A stretch of 32,000 nt of DNA, taken from Candidatus Pelagibacter ubique HTCC1062. Lineage in GTDB: Bacteria > Pseudomonadota > Alphaproteobacteria > Pelagibacterales > Pelagibacteraceae. Under the pieces are notes generated by a model that saw only the letters and a program-made list of their open reading frames with translations, had not been told where the DNA came from and made no database searches. The stretch lies in contig NC_007205.1 in NCBI RefSeq assembly GCF_000012345.1, forward strand, positions 300,001-332,000. Reading direction: 5' to 3'. The position numbers and the translations under genes are program-made. Positions 8,772-16,068 of this stretch are shown piece by piece. Numbering within the stretch: position 1 is the first letter of the stretch; every line of letters begins with the position of its first letter.

Positions 8772-9617
8772 ATGATAATCTGGATTGCATCATACCCTAA
8801 AAGTGGAAATACTTATTTAAGATCTTTTCTTGCCAGTTATTATTATTCTGAAGATGGAAATTTTAATTTTGACCAACTACTTAAAATCCATCAGTTTCCA
8901 AATATTAAATTTTCAAAGTTTGATCCTAAAACAAATGAGGAAGCTAGTAAAAATTGGATGTTTAATCAAAACACTTTTTTTAGTAAAAATAAACTTAATT
9001 TAGTTAAAACACACAATTGTTTATATCCGTATGAAGGAAACAATTTTACATCAAAAAATCAAACATTGGGAGCAATATATGTAGTTAGAGATCCAAGAAA
9101 CTTAATAACCTCACTAACTCATCATTATGTAATTGGTTATAAAGAAGCTATAGAAAAAATGTCTGATGAAAATAGTTCTTTATTAGAGAAATCTCATGAT
9201 AATGATTATAGTAATTTTACTTATTTAAGCTCATGGTCTAATCATTATAAATCATGGAAAAATAACTCTGAATTTAAAACTCTTTTTATTAAATATGAAG
9301 ATTTAAGAAAAAATAAAATTGAAATTTTTAAAAAAATTATTTTTTTTATTAATGAAGTTACAGGAGATAATAAAAAAATAGATGAACAAAAATTTTATAA
9401 TTCTATTAAAACAACCAGTTTCTCAAATTTAAAAAATAAGGAGCTCAACGAAGGTTTTGAAGAAAGTGTTTATTCAAAAAAAACTGGTAAAAAAATAAAT
9501 TTTTTTAATTTAGGGTTTAACAACCGTTGGCAAAAAATTTTACCCCTTGAAATAAAAAATCAAATAAATGAAATATTTAAAAAAGATCTACATGAGCTTG
9601 ATTATCCATATGTATAA
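8772..9617 (+). CDS. PAPS-type sulfotransferase domain protein
   Basis: 5'-phosphosulfate-binding loop SYPKSGNTYL near the N-terminus and a 3'-phosphate-binding motif YVVRDPRNLITSL. Extremely AT-rich coding sequence. Confidence 0.75.
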   Translation: MIIWIASYPKSGNTYLRSFLASYYYSEDGNFNFDQLLKIHQFPNIKFSKFDPKTNEEASKNWMFNQNTFFSKNKLNLVKTHNCLYPYEGNNFTSKNQTLGAIYVVRDPRNLITSLTHHYVIGYKEAIEKMSDENSSLLEKSHDNDYSNFTYLSSWSNHYKSWKNNSEFKTLFIKYEDLRKNKIEIFKKIIFFINEVTGDNKKIDEQKFYNSIKTTSFSNLKNKELNEGFEESVYSKKTGKKINFFNLGFNNRWQKILPLEIKNQINEIFKKDLHELDYPYV

Positions 9618-9642
9618 TTATTTAAAAAAATTAGATAAATAA

Positions 9643-10056
9643 ATGAACTACTGGTTAATGAAATCAGAACCTGATGTTTGGTCAATTGATCAACAAAAAA
9701 AAGCTGGTGCTAAAGGTGCTCCTTGGGATGGAGTAAGAAATTATCAAGCTGCAAAAAATTTAAGAGCAATGAAAAAAGGAGACCTTTGTTTTTTTTACCA
9801 CTCAAATATAGGCAAAGAAATTGTTGGTACAGTTGAGGTTATTAAAGAAGCTTTTTTAGATAAAACTGACAAAGATGGACGATTTGTAGCTGTTCAAGTA
9901 AAGTTTAAAGAAAAATTAAGGAAAAGTGTGACTCTAGAAGAGATTAAAAAAACCAAGTCTCTTAGCCATTTATCACTTATTAGACAAAGCAGATTATCTG
10001 TTATGCCAATCGATTCTAAAAGCTGGAAAATTTTAAATAAGATGAGTAGTATTTAA
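9643..10056 (+). CDS. EVE (PUA-like, DUF55) domain protein, stand-alone
   Basis: MNYWLMKSEP..WS...........W.GVRNYQA.NLRAMKKGDL.FFYHSN....IVG...V is the characteristic EVE/THYN1-like N-terminal pattern; 137 aa. Confidence 0.8.
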   Translation: MNYWLMKSEPDVWSIDQQKKAGAKGAPWDGVRNYQAAKNLRAMKKGDLCFFYHSNIGKEIVGTVEVIKEAFLDKTDKDGRFVAVQVKFKEKLRKSVTLEEIKKTKSLSHLSLIRQSRLSVMPIDSKSWKILNKMSSI

Positions 10057-10069
10057 ATAAAAAAAATTC

Positions 10070-12115
10070 ATGCCAAAAAAAAAGTCAATATCGAAAGCGA
10101 AAAAAAAAACTTCTAAAAAAACTAAGGCTAAAAAAAAAGTAAAGCCTTTTATAAAAAAGGTTTTAAAAAAAATCGAAGAAAAAGAATTAATCATAAAAAC
10201 TAAACCTGAGTGGGTAAAAAGTGCTCTAGTAAATAAAGCGAAATATCAAAAAAAATACTCAGACGCGATTAAAAAAAATGATGACTTTTGGAAGAATGAG
10301 GGGAAAAGAATTACTTGGATTAAACCGTACAAAAAGATTAAAAATATAAAATACAGTAAAAAAGAGGTTAAAATTAAATGGTATGAGGATGGCACATTAA
10401 ATGCTTCTGCCAATTGTATAGACCGTCACCTTAAAGATAAAAAAGATAAAACTGCTATTATTTGGGTAGGTGATGATCCAAAAGATACTAAAAAAATTTC
10501 GTACAAACAATTACATAATGAAGTTTCTAAAGCTGCAAATGGTTTAAGAAAACTAGGAATTAAAAAAGGTGATCGAGTTACAATTTATTTAACTATGATT
10601 CCAGAACTGGCAGTAACAATGCTTGCTTGTGCTAGAATTGGTGCAGTTCACTCTATTATTTTTGGTGGTTTTTCAGCAGACTCTATTTCTGGCAGGGTTA
10701 ATGACTGTGAGTCAGAATATATAATAACTGCTGATGAAGGTGTTAGGGGGGGGAAAACTATTCCATTAAAACAAATTACAGATGAGGCTTTAAGAAGTTG
10801 TCCTAATGTCAAAAAATGTATTGTTGTAAAAAGAACTGGAAATAAAGTTAGTTGGGTTAAAGGAAGAGATGTTTGGTTTGACGATTTAATTAAAGATATG
10901 TCAACTAAATGTGAGCCTGAGGAAATGAATGCAGAAGATCCTTTGTTTATTCTTTACACATCTGGCTCTACTGGAAAACCAAAAGGAGTTTTACATACAA
11001 CAGGTGGATATATGGTTTATGCATCCATGACCCATCAATATATTTTTAATTATAAACCAAAAGATGTTTATTGGTGTACTGCTGATATTGGTTGGGTAAC
11101 GGGTCACAGTTATATTGTTTATGGACCACTTGCTAATGGTGCCACAACAATAATGTTTGAAGGAATTCCAACCTATCCAGACAGCTCAAGGTGGTGGCAA
11201 ATTATTGATAAATACAAAGTTAATATTTTTTATACAGCGCCCACTGCTATTAGAGCTTTAATGAGAGAGGGTGATAAGCCTGTTAAGAAAACCTCAAGAA
11301 AATCTTTAAAATTATTAGGAACTGTTGGTGAACCCATTAATCCTGAAGCTTGGATGTGGTATTATAAAACAGTTGGAAATTCTAAATGTCCAATTGTTGA
11401 TACATGGTGGCAAACTGAAACAGGTGGAATTTTAATTAGCCCTCAAACAGGAGCTATGAATTTAAAACCTGGTTCTGCAAGTAAACCCTTTTATGGAATT
11501 AAGCCCTCTATAGTTGATAAAGATGGTAAAGAAATCAAAGGAGCTGGTGAAGGAAGATTGTGCATTTCTCAATCTTGGCCTGGACAAATGAGAACTGTTT
11601 ATGGTGATCATCAAAGATTTATTGATACTTATTTTTCTCAGTTCGATGGAAAATATTTCACAGGTGATGGTGCTAAAAGAGACAAGGATGGCTATTACTG
11701 GATAACTGGCCGTGTAGATGATGTAATTATTGTCTCTGGTCATAACCTTGGAACTGCCGAGATAGAAAGTGCTTTTGTTGCTCATCCAAAAGTTGCTGAA
11801 GCTGCTGTGGTTGGATATCCACATGATATTAAAGGTAACGGCCTATATTGTTATGTAACTCTAAATGTTGGAGAGAAATCAGATTTAGATCTTGAAAGAG
11901 ATTTAAAGCTTTGGGTAAGAAAACAAATCGGTGCACTAGCGACACCTGACATTATTCATTTCTCACCTGGACTTCCAAAAACAAGGTCTGGAAAAATTAT
12001 GAGAAGAATTTTAAGAAAAATTGCAGCTAATGAACATGACCAATTAGGGGATACAACAACTTTAGCTGATCCAAGCGTTGTGCAAAGTTTGGTGGATAAT
12101 AGAAAGAATATTTAA
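10070..12115 (+). CDS. acs: Acetyl-CoA synthetase (AMP-forming) with a lysine-rich N-terminal extension
   Basis: [38 protein letters not shown], and the C-terminal [11 protein letters not shown] motif carrying the acetylation-target lysine. The first 39 residues have no counterpart in canonical Acs. Confidence 0.95.
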   Translation: MPKKKSISKAKKKTSKKTKAKKKVKPFIKKVLKKIEEKELIIKTKPEWVKSALVNKAKYQKKYSDAIKKNDDFWKNEGKRITWIKPYKKIKNIKYSKKEVKIKWYEDGTLNASANCIDRHLKDKKDKTAIIWVGDDPKDTKKISYKQLHNEVSKAANGLRKLGIKKGDRVTIYLTMIPELAVTMLACARIGAVHSIIFGGFSADSISGRVNDCESEYIITADEGVRGGKTIPLKQITDEALRSCPNVKKCIVVKRTGNKVSWVKGRDVWFDDLIKDMSTKCEPEEMNAEDPLFILYTSGSTGKPKGVLHTTGGYMVYASMTHQYIFNYKPKDVYWCTADIGWVTGHSYIVYGPLANGATTIMFEGIPTYPDSSRWWQIIDKYKVNIFYTAPTAIRALMREGDKPVKKTSRKSLKLLGTVGEPINPEAWMWYYKTVGNSKCPIVDTWWQTETGGILISPQTGAMNLKPGSASKPFYGIKPSIVDKDGKEIKGAGEGRLCISQSWPGQMRTVYGDHQRFIDTYFSQFDGKYFTGDGAKRDKDGYYWITGRVDDVIIVSGHNLGTAEIESAFVAHPKVAEAAVVGYPHDIKGNGLYCYVTLNVGEKSDLDLERDLKLWVRKQIGALATPDIIHFSPGLPKTRSGKIMRRILRKIAANEHDQLGDTTTLADPSVVQSLVDNRKNI

Positions 12116-12735
12116 AATTCTATTAATTTCTCAAATTCTTTTTTAATAATATCCCATTTCAATATCATAGAATTCAATACGATTTTTCGATCTAAAGTTT
12201 TAAGCTCTTCAGCTATTGGGGCCCATTCGTATAATGACAAAGCACTTGGATTAAAGGGTAAATCTTTATAATAAATTTCCCAGTTTATATTTTGAAGTCT
12301 TTCATTAAAAGTTTTTTTTGCTTCCTCAATAATATCAAGTGGCATCTTATTAGAAATCTCATCATCTAAAATTTTAGAAAAAATTTCTTTAGACTGGTCA
12401 AGGTTTTGATAATTAAAATTAACTTTTAAATAAGAAAACGTAAATAATGTCAGATCCTGTAAAGCAACAGAATAAATATTCCATCTGGCAATATCAAGAG
12501 ATGCCATGAACACGTCATTGTCAAAATGAAGAACATACCTTGTTCCCATCCTGGTTTTTAAATAACTATATAAAGTTACTTGTGTTACCCAAGCAGATTT
12601 TGTTTGAATAAAGTGTTCAAGCTCATCTAAATTCTTAATTTTTTTCTTTGGAATAAAAGCCCTAAACATGGCAAACAAGTAAACTTTAAAATCATCAAAC
12701 GATATGTCTTTCCAAGAGAGTTTATATTTTTGCAT
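12112..12735 (-). CDS. Hypothetical protein, 207 aa, no recognisable domain
   Basis: Long ORF in a stop-codon-rich genome with neighbour-like AT-rich codon usage and no TM segments. Its stop overlaps the acs stop (TTAA). I recognise no motif. Confidence 0.55.
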   Translation of the reverse strand: MQKYKLSWKDISFDDFKVYLFAMFRAFIPKKKIKNLDELEHFIQTKSAWVTQVTLYSYLKTRMGTRYVLHFDNDVFMASLDIARWNIYSVALQDLTLFTFSYLKVNFNYQNLDQSKEIFSKILDDEISNKMPLDIIEEAKKTFNERLQNINWEIYYKDLPFNPSALSLYEWAPIAEELKTLDRKIVLNSMILKWDIIKKEFEKLIEF

Positions 12736-12872
12736 AAAAATTCATATATATGGTCATTATACCTTAAAAAAGTAAGTAAATAAGCACCTAATATGAACAA
12801 TTTTAAGTCTTTTAAAAACTTACAGAATGGTTATGGTTTAGGGTAGTTATAACTAAAAATAGAGAGGTATAA

Positions 12873-13133
12873 ATGTCAAACGCAACAAAACACTGGGAAA
12901 AGACTAGATCATTGTTATTCGTAACACTGGCTATTTGGTTTGTTTTCTCAATCGGCATCTTCCTTTTTGCAGCTGAAATGAATGAGGTTACAGGACCTTT
13001 CGGTTATCCATGGACATACTGGTTTACATGTCAAGGATCTCTTGGAATTTTTGTAATTTTATGTTTCTGGTTTGCTAATAGGCAAGAGAAAATCGATGAA
13101 GAATTTGGCTTCAACGAAAGGGGAGATCAATAA
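12873..13133 (+). CDS. DUF4212 small membrane subunit of a sodium:solute symporter (TIGR03647-like)
   Basis: 86 aa with two TM segments and the pattern HW.KT..L......W......... typical of DUF4212. Strong SD (AGAGAGG) 5 nt upstream. TAATG junction with the large symporter gene. Confidence 0.8.
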   Translation: MSNATKHWEKTRSLLFVTLAIWFVFSIGIFLFAAEMNEVTGPFGYPWTYWFTCQGSLGIFVILCFWFANRQEKIDEEFGFNERGDQ

Positions 13134-14941
13134 TGATTAAAGGTAAATTTATAGACAATTTGCCAAAAGTTTACGGAATCTATACAGGAGGTTTTATAGG
13201 TTTCATAATCTTAATGGCAATTGGTGAGCAGATGGGTATGACTGCTAAAGCAATAGGTGTTGCTTTTGTAGCCTTTACAATATTCATCTATGCATTGATC
13301 GGTTATCTATCAAGAACAGCTCAAGCAGACGCATATTACGTGGCTGGAAGACAAGTGCCCACTGTATTCAATGGAATGGCGACGGCGGCAGACTGGATGT
13401 CTGGTGCTTCATTCGTTGCAATGGCAGGTGGTATTTACTTCAAAGGCTATGGATATATGGCTCTACTTGTCGGTTGGACTGGTGGTTACATATTAGTTGC
13501 AACTTTATTAGCACCATACTTAAGAAAATTTGGCTGTTACACAGTTCCAGATTTTGTAGGTACAAGATACGGTGGTAATTTAGCGAGACTATGTGCAGTA
13601 ATAGTTTTAACTGTTGCTTCATTTACGTATGTGACTGCACAGATAAACGCTACAGGTACTATTGCATCTGTTGCTCTAGATATCGACTTTAAATACGCTG
13701 TATATATTGGACTAATAAGTATTTTACTTTGTTCAATGTTAGGGGGTATGAGAGCGGTAACTTGGACACAGGTTGCACAATATATCGTACTAATTATAGC
13801 TTACTTGCTTCCAATTTTTTGGATCAGTAACAAAATGGGTGCAGGTTTCTTCCCTCACTTTATGTTAGCTGATGAAGTAGCTAGAATTGGTGAGTTAGAA
13901 CAACAGTTTGGTTTTGTTAAAAACTCTGCTGCTGATCTAGCAACGGTACCTAAAGGGTTAGCTGGAATAACTAAAGCACACTCTGCAGTAAATGCAACGC
14001 CTTGGGCATTTATTTCATTAGCATTGGCGATGATGATGGGAACAGCTTCATTACCGCACGTGATGATGAGATACTTTACTACTCCAAGCGTTAAAGCAGC
14101 TAGAAAATCAGTTGGTTGGTCGTTATTCTTTATCTTCCTTCTGTATTCTTCTGCACCAATGTTAGCAACACTATCTAAACTATCGTTGATCGATCCAACA
14201 CTACCAACAGGTATTATTGGTAAATCATTTGCTGAAGTTCAATCAATAGATTGGTTCCAAAACTGGAATCAAGCAAACTTGATGTTCATCAGTGACTTTA
14301 ACGGCAATGGAACTCTTGAGTTAAACGAGTTTTTCATGGGTGGTAAAGCGGTTGTGTTAGCAACACCAGAAATAGCTGGATTACCTTATGTAATCTCAGG
14401 ACTGGTTGCTGCTGGAGGTATGGCTGCTGCCATGTCAACAGCTGATGGTTTGATTCTAGCAATTGCAAATGCGATCTCTCATGACGTTTATTACAAAATG
14501 ATTGATCCAAAAGCAGAGACTGCAAAAAGACTTCTTGTTGCAAGGGTATTACTTGTAATAATTGGTTTTGCTGGAGCAACTATTGCGGCAATGGAGATCC
14601 AAGGTATCTTAGGTTCAGTGATCTGGGCTTTTGACTTTGCGATGTCTGGATTGTTCTTCCCACTTGTACTTGGTGTATGGTGGAAGAGAGCTAACAGAGA
14701 AGGTGCTATTGCTGGTATGGTTTTAGGTCTTGGTTCTGCTATTTGGTACCTTGTATGGGTAAGAAATGGTGGAAGTGGGTTCTTAGGACTTACTCAGCTA
14801 ACATTTGGTATCTTCGGAGCAGCTGTTAGTTTTGTTTCAATGGTTGTAGTGAGTTTAATGACTCAAGAACCAGATAAATCAATTCAAAAAATGGTTGATG
14901 AAGTTCGTATACCAAGTGGTAAAACTGTTACTGGTAAGTAG
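13133..14941 (+). CDS. Sodium:solute symporter family permease, VC_2705/ActP-like (probable acetate or other monocarboxylate uptake)
   Basis: About 13 predicted TM segments, SSS signatures YYVAGRQVP..NGMATAADWMSGASF.. and GGMRAVTWTQV.Q. Paired with DUF4212 and next to acs, the documented neighbourhood of this subfamily. Confidence 0.88.
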   Translation: MIKGKFIDNLPKVYGIYTGGFIGFIILMAIGEQMGMTAKAIGVAFVAFTIFIYALIGYLSRTAQADAYYVAGRQVPTVFNGMATAADWMSGASFVAMAGGIYFKGYGYMALLVGWTGGYILVATLLAPYLRKFGCYTVPDFVGTRYGGNLARLCAVIVLTVASFTYVTAQINATGTIASVALDIDFKYAVYIGLISILLCSMLGGMRAVTWTQVAQYIVLIIAYLLPIFWISNKMGAGFFPHFMLADEVARIGELEQQFGFVKNSAADLATVPKGLAGITKAHSAVNATPWAFISLALAMMMGTASLPHVMMRYFTTPSVKAARKSVGWSLFFIFLLYSSAPMLATLSKLSLIDPTLPTGIIGKSFAEVQSIDWFQNWNQANLMFISDFNGNGTLELNEFFMGGKAVVLATPEIAGLPYVISGLVAAGGMAAAMSTADGLILAIANAISHDVYYKMIDPKAETAKRLLVARVLLVIIGFAGATIAAMEIQGILGSVIWAFDFAMSGLFFPLVLGVWWKRANREGAIAGMVLGLGSAIWYLVWVRNGGSGFLGLTQLTFGIFGAAVSFVSMVVVSLMTQEPDKSIQKMVDEVRIPSGKTVTGK

Positions 14942-14961
14942 AACTAATAAACTTTAATTTT

Positions 14962-14992
14962 AAGGGGCGATTAATTTCGCCCCTTTTAATTT
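14962..14992 (+). terminator. Rho-independent terminator of the symporter operon
   Basis: AAGGGGCGA (14962-14970), loop TTAATT, TCGCCCCTT (14977-14985), then a TTAATTT tail. The 9-bp stem has a 6-bp GC core, starting 21 nt after the stop codon. Confidence 0.75.
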
Positions 14993-15019
14993 AATCTCAT
15001 TTCTAATATAACTCATTAA

Positions 15020-15376
15020 ATGTCAGCAAACTTCCATCCCTTAATTTATTTTATAGATTACTTATTTGGTATGATTATGTGGACTTTAATAGGAAGAGTT
15101 GCGATGAATATTTTTCAAAAAGAAGACTCAGAGTTCTTTTTTATGAAGATTTTTGTCAAATATACCGATCCACTAATAAAAATTTTTAAACCAATAACCC
15201 CTTCTTTCATTATAGGACCTCTGGTACCATTATATGTAGCATGGTTCTTTTATATGATTAGATTTTACTTTATGCCATGGGTCTTAGGTTATTCTGTAAT
15301 GGGAATGTTGTCATTTCCTCTAGAAAGTGAAATTTCTAAACAAATTTATCAATTATTTAATTCAATTAAATTTTAA
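15020..15376 (+). CDS. YggT-like small membrane protein (second paralog)
   Basis: 118 aa, hydrophobic, core LIGRVAMNIF....F..IFVKYTDPLIKIFKPITPSFIIGPL resembles the YGGT repeat. Weaker match than 4560-4850. Confidence 0.5.
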   Translation: MSANFHPLIYFIDYLFGMIMWTLIGRVAMNIFQKEDSEFFFMKIFVKYTDPLIKIFKPITPSFIIGPLVPLYVAWFFYMIRFYFMPWVLGYSVMGMLSFPLESEISKQIYQLFNSIKF

Positions 15377-15404
15377 AAATTGATACTAGTAGAGCTAGCA
15401 ATCA

Positions 15405-16064
15405 ATGAAAAAAATACAAATATCCCCTTCAATTTTATCTGCTGACTTTAGTCAATTAAGAAATGAAATAAAAAGACTTGAAGAAGGTGGTGCAGATATG
15501 ATCCATGTGGATGTGATGGATGGTCATTTTGTTCCTAATTTAACCATGGGTCCACCAATCATAAAATCATTAAGAAAATTTACAAAACTACCATTTGATG
15601 TTCATTTAATGATTTCACCCGTGCATAAGTATATTAAAGATTATGCAGACGCAGGTGCAGATATTATTACTATACACCCAGAAGCAACTGAAAATTTAGC
15701 AGTCTCTATTGACCATATTAAAAGTTTAGGAAAAAAAGTAGGGGTTTCTTTAAATCCAGAAAGTAAAATTAATTTAATAACTGACTTATTAAATCAGATA
15801 GATTTAGTTTTAATTATGAGCGTAAACCCTGGATTTGGAGGACAAAAGTTTATGCCAGAAGTTTTAGAAAAAATTAAAGAATTAAAAAAAATAAGAGATC
15901 AAAAAAATATAGATTTTGATATCGAGATTGATGGTGGAATCAATTTTGATAATAATAAACTAGCAATAGAAGCTGGAGCAAATATTTTAGTTTCTGGGAC
16001 AACTATATTTAAAAATAACAATGGAGATATAAAAAAAAATATAGACCTTTTAAAATCAAGTTAG
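15405..16064 (+). CDS. rpe: Ribulose-phosphate 3-epimerase
   Basis: ISPSILSADF, HVDVMDGHFVPNLT.GP, FDVHLM, MSVNPGFGGQKF, EIDGGIN. Confidence 0.95.
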   Translation: MKKIQISPSILSADFSQLRNEIKRLEEGGADMIHVDVMDGHFVPNLTMGPPIIKSLRKFTKLPFDVHLMISPVHKYIKDYADAGADIITIHPEATENLAVSIDHIKSLGKKVGVSLNPESKINLITDLLNQIDLVLIMSVNPGFGGQKFMPEVLEKIKELKKIRDQKNIDFDIEIDGGINFDNNKLAIEAGANILVSGTTIFKNNNGDIKKNIDLLKSS

Positions 16065-16068
16065 AATA

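Noticed and set aside
12793-12846. 17-codon upstream ORF (MNNFKSFKNLQNGYGLG) in the 137-nt spacer before the DUF4212/symporter operon, considered as a possible leader peptide
   Set aside because: There is no Shine-Dalgarno sequence. By my estimate an open stretch of this length has roughly a 1 in 4 chance at this composition, and I could find no attenuator-like alternative hairpins. Only a weak 5-bp AT stem (TAAGT/ACTTA) is nearby.
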